Origin: Macrostomum hystrix
Taxonomy: Eukaryota > Animalia > Platyhelminthes
Direction: 5' to 3'
Assembly: GCA_950097015.1 (NCBI GenBank)
Contig: CATNEN010000025.1
Location: 5,084,001-5,148,000 of the forward strand
DNA length: 64,000 nucleotides
Shown: in pieces, positions 48,601 through 60,600 of the stretch
Layout: each line of letters starts with the position of its first letter
Numbering within the stretch: position 1 is the first letter of the stretch
Program-made: the position numbers and the translations under genes
The notes under the pieces: model-generated
Database searches by the model: none
What the model saw: only the letters and a program-made list of their open reading frames with translations
Told to the model about the DNA's origin: nothing

Positions 48601-51600
48601 CATATCGGTTCAACTCTTTTCACCTTGAACTCTGACCTCCGATGATCTGTAAATCTTAATAGAATTTGAGCCGCTTCGCTTGACCTGTGTGAAAGCGGAA
48701 CAGTCGAAACCCCGTTACCTTCCAGAGTCTCAAAGCTGCACAGCGGAAAGTGCACAACATTCACCTTGAATTAACGCTTGGATAGGAACACTTTGCATGG
48801 AACCAAACTCAGCCATTCACAACAAACCCCCGCATGGACTCATCAATTTTTCCCATCCCTACCGCTCCCACTTCCTAAGTCTGCATCGTCCCCAACCTCC
48901 TCATCGTCATCATAATGCGTGAATGAGAGGCAGACAGGGGGATATGGGGGAGCCTTTCACGCCAGACTGCACCGGCCCTCCCCCAGCGACTTCTCTCGGG
49001 GAAATTTTCAGGTCGGCAGTTCGAGCGACTGTGACCCGGGAATTTGCACCGACAAACCAGGCCGAGTAATGAGGCTTTCCAATAATTGGCAGAGCGGCAA
49101 AGAGAGGCCAGGAGAGACACCCGGTGCCTGCAGGAGCCCTTTGTGAGTCCGCTGCAGACAGCGCGCTCCTTCGCTGCTCTCTCGCCAGTTGGCTTTCAGA
49201 TTTTTCTTTAGAAAAAGAAACTTTGTCTAGTGCCGAAATTCACTCTGACTAGGCTGCCTTTGTGTCTTTCCTTCCTTTGCCAGCCTCTTCCCGGACTCAT
49301 CTTGGGAATGGGGATTTCAACGGTATCGGAGTGAAAGTGAGCAGACTCAGGCTGAGCTGATAGAGCTCCCTTGGGAAGGCGAGCGCCTCGTCGCCAAGTA
49401 TGGGCCCAGATTTTCATTAGCGGCCTCGCTGAGCCGCAATTACTGGCCGATTAAAAATATCCCCATCCCGTCGGAAGAAGTCCCAGTCCCTGTACGCAGC
49501 TTCCCACACCGATTTTAAGAGTGTCCGAATCCATCCTGAAAGCGTTGCGCAAATCTTCACCGCAGAGCTCGCTGATCAAGAGGCTGCTCTTAATCCAGCG
49601 ATTCCTGCTAATCCTCTCAGAATCCGCTGCTCAGAAGGAGCTAGTCGAATTTTGTTCTGCAGTCCTGGTTTTTTTCATCGGCGAGGCCTACTCTGAAACC
49701 CACTTGTGACTCAGGTCTGTACTAAACTAGCTCATATGATGGTACAATGCACTGGAGCTCATTTGGTGGTTCAGGGAGACACAATGCACTGGAGCTCATT
49801 TGGTGCTTCAGTGAGACACAATGCACTGGAGCTCATTTGGTGGTTCAGTGGGACACAATGCACTGGAGCTCATTTGGTGGTTCAGGGAGACACAATGCAC
49901 TGGAGCTCATTTGGTGGTTCAGTGAGACACAATGCACTGGAGCTCATTTGGTGCTTCAGTGAGACACAATGCACTGGAGCTCATTTGGTGGTTCAGTGTT
50001 TGACCACGAAACTAATGTTCTGTTTATATGTTTTTACTTTCAAATTCTTATCACGGTAATTAAGCTCACTTGTGACTCAGGTCTGTACTAAACGAGAACC
50101 TCAGCCAGCCCAGCCTCTCTGCATAACTTCTTTTCCTCGCTGTCTCTGTTCCTCAAAGCCAAGTGCAGGAGAGCATGGACTCGTTCAGGTAGAATGGGAG
50201 AAGCTGGAAGGACAGGCCGATTTAAGTCAAAAAAGTTCGGAACTTTTTCACCTTTGCGAAGCAGTCGCTACGCAATAGCTCATCCTTGCTCCGCTGCGCC
50301 TTTTGCTCCTTAACCTCTTCCCACAGCAACCCCCTGCAATCCGCTGGGATGAAGCCTTTGCTAGCAAGTTTCTTTCCCATTGAACCTCGCCTCTTACGAG
50401 TAGTTCACCCTGGCTTGGCTAGAAAAAGGTAAAATATGAAATTTTCGCCTTGCACGATGGCGGCATCGTGTTTGGCAAGAGAGTGAAATGTATGGGAAAA
50501 ACAAAGCGATAGAATGACAGAAGTGAAGTGAAAATTTGGGCGTTCCGGCCAATGGGAACGGAATGTATGGTCAGTGGCAGAGCGGACTAACGCGTTTGCC
50601 TCTCGCACCAAGGTCCCTGAGCTCGATTCCGCGGCGAGGCCACATTCATTTGGGGCGCAGCCGCGGAGAGAAGGCTTGGGGGCTTTGCGTACAATTGACG
50701 TCATTGAGGGCCACCTCCAAGGCACAGTGAAGTGTACATTGCCAGACCTCAGAGTGTGCTCAGGTGCTCAGGTGCTGCGGGTCCAGAATGAGCCTGAAGC
50801 TGAGTGGTTAGCGCTCTGCACTTCTTGCAAACAGGTCTGGAGTTCGAATCTTGTCCGTACAAAAGAACATTTTTATTTTGCCATAGAGACTTGACATTCC
50901 ATTGCTTCAGCCCACACAGCTGTAAAATAAGTTTAAAATTTGGGTTGGTGTGGCGGCCCTATAGTCCACGGACTGATCAGCTGTACACGCAGCCTTTGGC
51001 TGTGCCACTGGCTGCATTCGCAATCTATCAACATCACAGCTTGCTAGCTCCGGCTGAAGTCGAATCAGACAATGCTAAAAAGTTTTCTTTCCGAATCCCA
51101 GTGATCTGGGCAAAACAGTCCCTTCATACCCCCTTTCTCGAGGCTAGGGGTTGGGTAATTTGATTTCCTTTGTCGCCAACTCGATGGCTGCACCGGGAGC
51201 TGCGCCGCTCAATTTAGCAGCTTCGTATCTCGGCCAGGCTTTGTTGCTAGGGCGCCGGGACTGAAGGGGAAAGGGAGGGCTGATGAGCAGGGTATCATGA
51301 TTGCATTTGCAGACAATCATGGGGCTGAGGTTGGGGGTAGTTGCCAATTACAGCTGGTCGCAAATTGTGTTAGGATATCATGATTCATATTCTAATCAGA
51401 GTATTGCTGAACTTTCATTTCCGCATTTTCCTAGAACTAACCCAGACTCATCTAGTTCCCATTGATACCGCATTCCCATTGTTACCGTATTCCCACTGTT
51501 ACTGTATTCCCATTGTTACCGTATTCCCACTGTTACTGTATTCCCACTGTTACTGTATTCCCATTGTTACTGTATTCCCATTGTTACTGTATTCCTATTG

Positions 51601-54600
51601 TTACTGTATTCCCATTGTTACTGTATTCCCATTGTTACCGTATCCCCATTGTTACCCATTTCCCATTGTTACCGTATCCCCATTGTTACTGTATTCCCAC
51701 TGTTACTGTATTCCCATTGTTACTGTATTCCCATGGTTACTGTATTCCCACTGTTACCGTATTCCCATTGTTACTGTATTCCCATTGTTACCGTATTCCC
51801 ATTGTTACTGTATTCCCATTGTTACTGTATTCCCATTGTTACTGTATTCCCATTGTTACTGTATTCCCATTGTTACCGTATCCCCATTGTTACCCATTTC
51901 CCATTGTTACCGTATCCCCATTGTTACCCATTTCCCATTGTTACCGTATCCCCATTGTTACCCATTTCCCATTGTTACCGTATCCCCATTGTTACTGTAT
52001 TCCCATTGTTACTGTATTCCCATTGTTACTGTATTCCCACTGTTACTGTATTCCCATTGTTACTGTATCCCCATTGTTACCCATTTCCCATTGTTACCGT
52101 ATCCCCATTGTTACCCATTTCCCATTGTTACCGTATCCCCATTGTTACTGTATTCCCATTGTTACTGTATTCCCATTGTTACTGTATTCCCATTGTTACT
52201 GTATTCCCATTGTTACTGTATTCCCATTGTTACTGTATTCCCATTGTTACTGTATTCCTATTGTTACTGTATTCCCATTGTTACTGTATTCCCATTGTTA
52301 CCGTATCCCCATTGTTACCCATTTCCCATTGTTACCGTATCCCCATTGTTACTGTATTCCCACTGTTACTGTATTCCCATTGTTACTGTATTCCCATGGT
52401 TACTGTATTCCCATTGTTACTGTATTCCCATTGTTACTGTACTCCCATTGTTACTGTATTCCCATTGTTACTGTATTCCCATTGTTACTGTATTCCCAAT
52501 GTTACTGTATTCCCATTGTTACTGTATTCCCATTGTTACTGTATTCCCATTGTTACTGGATTCCCACTGTTACTGCAGGCTTAATAAAAAAAATTTTTAA
52601 ACAGTCAAATTTTATAAGAATAATTTGTTCGTCACCCGCTGACTCCCGGAACTCTGAATTGAATTTGCAGTCTCTGCATCCGTACCTGCAGCCGCAGCAG
52701 TTCCAGCATCAGTTTCAACACCAGTACCAGCTGCCGCAACAGCAAATGCAGCAGCAGCAGCAGCAGCATCGCTCAGATTATCTACCGATGGAGCGGGTGT
52801 CCGTCGGATTCCTCACCGGCGGTGGCGGCGTCGGCGGAGGCGTCGGCGCTGGTGGTCAGACATTCGTGCGCACCTTTCAGCAGCCGAATCAGCGCTACTT
52901 AGGAGCACCCTCGCCCAGGGTAGGTCACTGCATTCCCACTTTGCACCTGTCTATGCTTTAGAGTTCATGATAAACTAAACCATGATTCTCTTCCCTGTCT
53001 CATCTCTTCCATGTCTCATCTCTTCCCTGTCTCATCTCTCCCCTGTCTCATCTCTTCCCTGTCTCATCTCTTCCCTGTCTCATCTCTTCCCTGTCTCATC
53101 TCTCCCCTGTCTCATCTCTTCCCTGTCTCATCTCTTCCCTGTCTCATCTCTTCCCTGTCTCATCTCTCCCCTGTCTCATCTCTTCCCTGTCTCATCTCTT
53201 CCCTGTCTCATCTCTTCCCTGTCTCATCTCTCCCCTGTCTCATCTCTTCCCTGTCTCGTCTCTTCCCTGTCTCATCTCTTCCCTGTGTCATCTCTTCCCT
53301 GTGTCATCTCTTCCCTGTCTCATCTCTTCCCTGTCTTATCTCTTCCCTGTCTCATCTCTTCCCTGTCTCATCTCTTCCCTGTGTCATCTCTTCCCTGTGT
53401 CATCTCTTCCCTGTCTCATCTCTTCCCTGTCTTATCTCTTCCCTGTCTCATCTCTTCCCTGTCTCATCTCTTCCCTGTCTCATCTCTCCCCTGTCTCATC
53501 TCTTCCCTGTCTCATCTCTCCCCTGTCTTATCTCTTCCCTGTCTTATCTCTTCCCTGTCTCATCTCTCCCCTGTCTCATCTCTTCCCTGTCTTATCTCTC
53601 CCCTGTCTCATCTCTTCCCTGTCTTATCTCTTCCCTGTCTCACCTCTTCCCTGTCTCGTCTCTTCCCTGTCTCATCTCTCCCCTGTCTCATCTCTTCCCT
53701 GTCTCACATCTTCCCTGTGTCATCTCTTCCCTGTCTCATCTCTCCCCTGTCTCATCTCTTCCCTGCCTTATCTCTCCCCTGTCTCATCTCTTCCCTGTCT
53801 TATCTCTTCCCTGTCTCATCTCTCCCCTGTCTCATCTCTTCCCTGTCTCACATCTTCCCTGTGTCATCTCTTCCCTGTCTTATCTCTTCCCTGTCTTATC
53901 TCTTCCCTGTCTCATCTCTCCCCTGTCTCATCTCTTCCCTGTGTCATCTCTTCCCTGTCTCATCTCTTCCCTGTGTCATCTCTTCCCTGTGTCATCTCTT
54001 CCCTGTCTCATCTCTTCCCTGTCTCATCTCTCCCCTGTCTCATCTCTTCCCTGTGTCATCTCTCCCCTGTCTCATCTCTTCCCTGTCTCATCTCTCCCCT
54101 GTCTCATCTCTCCCCTGTCTCATCTCTCCCCTGTCTCATCTCTCCCCTGTCTCATCTCTCCCCTGTCTCATCTCTTCCCTGTCTCATCTCTCCCCTGTCT
54201 CATCTCTTCCCTGTCTCATCTCTTCCCTGTCTCATCTCTTCCCTGTCTCATCTCTTCCCTGTCTCATCTCTTCCCTGTCTCATCTCTCCCCTGTCTCATC
54301 TCTTCCCTGTCTCATCTCTCCCCTGTCTCATCTCTTCCCTGTCTCATATCTTCCCTGTCTCATATCTTCCCTGTCTCATCTCTCCCCTGTCTCATCTCTT
54401 CCCTCTCTTCTCTTCTTATCTCTCCCGTACATCATTTCTCTCGTGTCTCATCTCTTCCCATAGCCTCAACTCCCGATTGTCTCATCTTCCTCCCGTCTCA
54501 TCCCAGAAGTTAATGAACACAATGGCAAGCCATTTGAAAGCTTGAGAAAACTTTCCAGCAAACTCCGAGGCCTTATATAAAATTCCCAGCTAGTGTCGCT

Positions 54601-57600
54601 GAGTTTCGAGCGCAGTCTTTAAGCACCCAATTTTTTTAGCCTTCTGCGGCCACATAATCTACAGCGGCGCTTCTTTCGGCGCTTAATCTCCCTCTAAATT
54701 CTTTCTCAACGTTTTCCCTTCTTCTTCTTCTTTCCCTAAGCGCACCAGTAATCTATGTTGCAGCCTCTTTATCTAGTCCAGGCATTGTAGGGGGGAGGAC
54801 TCTTAGAGAAGCAACGTGACGAAATCTCAGAGACGCAGAGGAAACTGATCTCGACACTGAACTGAACTGATCAACGACGGGGCTGAAATCACGCGCACAC
54901 GAACTCAATTATGGTGACCTGATCTCAACCGCTGAGTGCGATCGCAATGCCCCGGGTTCTCGCGCATGATCAAGTGGAGCAATTAATTAAAATTTTCTCA
55001 CAAAAAAAGATAAATTTTTCATCTAGGAGTCACTAGAAATGGTGACACTCGGAATTGAGTCGGTCACTATACGCCAGGGGGTCGCGCCCCTTTTGACGGA
55101 GGGAAATTTGCATTGCCCCGAAGGCGGCTTGCCCTGCAAAAAATAAGAAGAGAAACAATCTCATGGCTCCTTCCTAGTCTTGATGGAATCTTCCCACACG
55201 GGCGCTAATCCCCTTATTAATGACGTGTCACCCCTTCAAGCTAACTGAAGCTACAAACTTGAGCACAGTGAGCATAGTTCTACCCTCCTTCAAGCTCGGT
55301 AATAACTGCACCGCGGTTTCGCTCGTCACATTATTGATGGCAACTGCGGGATGAGGAAGGGCATCCGCCATCAATTTCGCGGCTGACTCCGCTAGCAGAG
55401 TCTCTATGGGGATCTGGGGGGGGGAGTCGGGAGATCGGGAGCCTCGGAGATGGCGCCAGGGAGCATTCACGCGAGCTAACAAATCGGCTGTGTCAGCGTT
55501 GGCAAGGCAGAGCGAGGCTGAAGTGGACTTTGCAGGAAATGCCTCTTTCTAAAGCCATGTTTTTCTTTTCGCCCCTCTTCTATTGAGCAGCTCTGAGCTT
55601 AGCCAGCATCATTCTGGCGCCCACTCCCCCCTCCAGCTGGCTGCTGCTTCAAAGATTCTGCCAAGCCCGAAGTCGAACCTCTTTCAGCTGCCCCGTCTGC
55701 AGAGTCTGGCTCTCCTAGCAGCTGCGGGATTTGACTGCGACACGCAGTCTGCACGGGGCTGCTGTTGAAAGCTTCCTGGCTTAGTCGCTCAAGTCTCGGC
55801 CACGCGTTAAAGGCGTAAACCTTGGGTTGGCCTGCTCAGATAGTGACAATTGACGGTGGGATAATGTAGAGCCTTTTTCAGGTTATAGACATTCTTGAAA
55901 AAAACAATTAGAATTATCTGAGTAGTTAAAAAATAGACATGGAGATAGAATTAAGGCCGCATCGATAAGTCACAATATTTTACAGAGAAAATTGGTGGGT
56001 GACAGAATTGGTGGGTGACAGAATTGGTGGGTGACAGAATTGGTGGGTGACAGAATTGGTGGGTGACAGAATTTGTGGGTGACAGAATTGGTGGGTGACA
56101 GAATTGGTGGGTGACAGAATTGGTGGGTGACAGAATTGGTGGGTGACAGAATTGGTGGGTGACAGAATTTGTGGGTGACAGAATTTTTGGGTGACAGAAT
56201 TGGTGGGTGACAGAATTGGTGGGTGAGACAACTCGAGAGAGAGAATTGAGGAGAGAGAATTGAGGAGAGAGAATTGGGGAGAGAGAATTGGGGAGAGAGA
56301 ATTGAGGAGAGAGAATTTGGGAGAGAGAATAGGGGAGAGAGAATTGAGGAGAGAGAATTGAGGAGAGAGAATTGGGGAGAGAGAATTGGGGAGAGAGAAT
56401 TGAGGAGAGAGAATTTGGGAGAGAGAATAGGGGAGAAAGAATTGGGGAGAGAGAATTGGGGAGAGAGAATTGGGGAGAGAGAATTGGGGAGAGAGAATGG
56501 GGGAGAAAGAACTGGGGAGAGAGAACTGGGGAGAGAGAATTGGGGAGAGAGAATTGGGGAGAAAGAATTGGGGAGAGAGAATTGGGGAGAAAGAATTGGG
56601 GAGAGAGAACTGGGGAGAGAGAACTGGGGAGAGAGAATTGGGGAGAGAGAATGGGGGAGAAAGAATTGGGGAGAGAGAACTGGGGAGAGAGAACTGGGGA
56701 GAGAGAATTGGGGAGAGAGAATGGGGGAGAGAGAACTGGGGAGAAAGAATTGGGGAGAGAGAACTGGGGAGAGAGAATGGGGGAGAGAGAACTGGGGAGA
56801 AAGAATTGGGGAGAAAGAATTGGGGAGAGAGAATGGGGGAGAGAGAACTGGGGAGAAAGAATTGGGGAGAGAGAATTGGGGAGAGAGAATTGGGGAGAGA
56901 GAATTGAGGAGAGAGAATTGGGGAGAGAGAATTTGGGAGAGAGAATTGGGGAGAAAGAATTGGGGAGAGAGAATTGGGGCGAGAGAATTGGGGAGAAAGA
57001 ATCGGGAAGAAAGAGAATTGGGGAGAGAGAATCGGGAAGAAAGAGAATTGAGGAGAGAGAATCGGGAAGAAAGAGAATTGGGGAGAGAGAATCGGGAAGA
57101 AAGAGAATTGGGGAGAGAGAATCGGGAAGAAAGAGAATTGGGGAGAGAGAATTGGGGAGAAAGAGAATTGGGGAGAGAGAATCGGGAAGAAAGAGAATTG
57201 GGGAGAGAGAACTGGGTAGAAAGAATTGGGGAGAGAGAATCGGGAAGAAAGAGAATTGGGGAGAGAGAACTGGGGAGAAAGAATTGGGGAGAGAGAATTG
57301 GGGGAGAGAGAATTGGGGAGAGAGAATTGGGGAGAGAGAATTGGGGAGAAAGAATCGGGAAGAAAGAGAATTGGGGAGAGAGAATCGGGAAGAAAGAGAA
57401 TAGGGGAGAGAGAATCGGGAAGAAAGAGAATTGGGGAGAGAGAATTGGGGAGAAAGAGAATTGGGGAGAGAGAATCGGGAAGAAAGAGAATTGGGGAGAG
57501 AGAACTGGGGAGAAAGAATTGGGGAGAGAGAATTGGGGGAGAGAGAATTGGGGAGAGAGAATTGGGGAGAGAGAATTGGGGAGAGAGTCGAGGCTGCATC

Positions 57601-60600
57601 AGATTCCCGCTTGCAGCAGCCGCACAAGCAACAGTTGGGAAGATTGCAACTCCGTAGCAAAAATATCCCCTTAAAGATTTTACGAAGAATAAAAAATCGA
57701 AGCCTGATTTTCAATCAACACATTTTTCTGCTTGCTAGAGACAGCTAAGTAACCCCCACTGATTACCCATCTCAAATTTCCAATTCCTCATCACCCGCTA
57801 AGCAATGATCCCCTCCAAGAATTGCTATCCGCTGAGCGTGGTACGCAGCTGATTTTTTTACTTCGCTTGAAACAATCTACTCACAAACACGCAGATGCAC
57901 ACAGGCGACCCTGGGAGCGTTGAGGTCAGTTCTCAGTTTTTGAGAAACTTATTCACTGCACTGAAAAAGTATTTTGCCCTGGGGGGCCTCAGACATTGCT
58001 GAAGACGAAATCTGCCGACTGCTTTCAGGCATCAGCGAGTTTAATGAGTTGTGTACTCTCTCTCTACTCCCTGCTCCAGCCATCCCGCCAGGCAAAAGGG
58101 AAAAACGAAGGTTTTTTCAGCTCCCAGGTGGCAACGAAGCGACAAAATCGCACGCTTTTCCTCTTGAAAGCAAAAAACAAGACGGAACAAAAGCCGGGCT
58201 TCAAAGCGAATCTGGTTGATTTCCAGTAAAGTGCTCAACTTGCTTAACCTATTCAGCCATTTCCATGAAATGCTATAGACTCAGCCACATCTAGGCTTCC
58301 TACCAAAGTGTGAGTCATTTTTCTCGGATACCGATGCAAGTTGCTCCTAAATTGACTTCCCAATATCAATGGGACTAAGTTTTTTTCCCTCCGAGAAATT
58401 TCTACTCTTTTTTATAAACGAGCAGGAGCATTGTCTTGAATTCTGCCTCGGATTGCTAGGCTAAAACGAAAGCGGTTCTCTTACGCAGTGAGGGCAGATG
58501 ATATGCGAAGACTATAAACAGTATTTATGACCTTCCCGCTGAGCAGTCAGGGCTCGCCTGTATTTTTACTAGACTTCCTCTCAGAGTCTCTATCCGGCTT
58601 CTGTGAGAAACCACCCGCCAGGCAGCCACAATGCTTCCAATTTGTTGCGGAAAACCGCGACGACACGATCAGCTGGGTGTATTGCTCTGAAATCAATGAC
58701 AGAAACGAGAAGGCTGTTTCAAATTGTTTGCCTTGCGCCGCCAAACTAATGTAAACTTAATCCCTAACCCGAGTCTAACTAAAACTAGTGAGGAATCAAA
58801 GGTATAGTAGCGGCATCACTCGACCTGCCAGAGGGGCGAGTCCGACTGCCTTCATGAGGCCTCTCCACCACCCAAATCCCCAATTGCGATTCGAGATAAC
58901 AGCTCCTGCAACACAGCTACCCTGCCGGCAGCTAATTGGTGGGGTCTCTGGCACGCACGGAGGACCCGCCACGGTTGCCGTCTTCTCCTTCATCCCCTCT
59001 GGGGATCTGGCTATGGGATCTGGCTGTGCGGCCGGTCCGTTGGCTGGGCGGAGTAAATTCAGAAGCCCCGAAGGGTAGAAAAAGGAAAATTGGTTTTCGC
59101 CCGAGAAGAAATGACACAAACGGTCCGCGCGTCTGTGTCGGTGCGGAGACACGGTCCGCACAGGGAAAGCAGAAGGATAAGAAGACAACAGTGAGGCCGG
59201 GCCCTACAGTGCTGAGTCAGAGTAGCGCTCACACACACCCACCTTGCAGTTAGTCTCCACGATACTGCTCAGCCTAATCTATCTTTCTCAAATTTCCAGC
59301 TTCACCTGCCACTTTCTTTCAGTGTTTGTCCCCCCCCTGACCGCCGCCACAACTTCTTCTCCGCTGTCATCAGTGACGCCGGTTGGTCTTAAAAGGCTTC
59401 TTCTACTGCAATCGAATTCTGCCCGCTATTAGCCCGTGCAGCATTATTGGCTCCAAGCAAACACAGCGCCGCGAATGTGCTTCGGGAAAGTTTTTGATGA
59501 CAGGATTTTGTTGAATAGCTCCGCCCCCTGAGACTGAGAATAGTTGAGCACGCGTATAGTAGCAGTTTCTGACGGAGAAATAGAACTGAAGATCAAGGAT
59601 TTATTCGTATGCATAGGCGAGCCACTGCACCCTACCACCGGGACACAAACAGTCGAACAATTCACACTTCTAATTAAAGCATTCCTCCTAATAAAACCGA
59701 TCTCGTGTCACCACACCAGCTGTTGCAGGCCACATATACAAGGCAGGAAATTGACTTCACCTGAAAATGACTGTGCTGGGCCATTTGCCCGCTTTTGCCT
59801 GAGTGGCTGTTGTCCCCGATTGTCACAGGCCAACCGGTCGCTCACTATTACAAAAACTAGGGAACTGCTACTTTTGAAGAAAGAGAAGGAAAAATTAATT
59901 TAATCTATTTGCAGTGCTTGGCTGTTCTCTAAAATTAGTCTAATTAAATGAAAACTTGTGTGGTTTCTGCTCATATTCAGATCGAGGTTGCCGAGTCCCT
60001 TTCCTCTCTGATCCTCCCTATAGGCCATTAAGGGTAGGCAGTAGGCTTATTAGCACGCTTGCAAACTGTTGCATAACCTCCGGGACACTGTCGCCTCTCT
60101 TCTTTTACCCGTTGTTATTTTTTCGGCTCCCTGTCGCTGTAGATTCCCACTCACACGTGTGTGTGTTGTTGTGTTTTTGCTGCATCGCTGCAGATCTTGG
60201 CCAGCGATAAGAGGAAAGTTTCGGCCTCTGCTGTCTTCTTCTTTTTGCTCCGACAGAAAGCATCTTTCCCGTCTGTTGGCAAGGCATCTCGGATGACACA
60301 CATAGCGCACCGGACTAATGGCCATTTCGGTTCAAATTTGCTTATTTGCACGCTTTCTATAATCCGCTGGCATTTTTTACGGGTCCATTGCGACACAGAG
60401 ACAGCTCGCAGGTCTATCTGTGCCAAATCTATTCCCCGCTTGCGTATGCTTTCAAGGGCGAGTCATATCTACGTGGGTATTTTTCTGTATCTCTCAAAAC
60501 ATGAAACCAATCGCCATGAAATCCAGGACACGGGCGAAACGTTTCTGGTGGTGTCTGGTGGCAAAAACCACCAATATAGACCAAATTTCATCATGTAACC

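Noticed and set aside
49744-49998. 37-bp repeats of CRISPR-like length
   Set aside because: Head-to-tail tandem copies without unique spacers, in a eukaryotic intron with no cas genes.
31408-57748. Long Cys/Ser/Pro-rich or Glu/Arg/Gly-rich ORFs (31.4-32.3, 35.1-35.9, 37.7-38.9, 41.5-42.3, 51.4-54.5, 55.9-57.7 kb)
   Set aside because: All are multi-frame translations of minisatellites. The protein period equals the DNA unit length.
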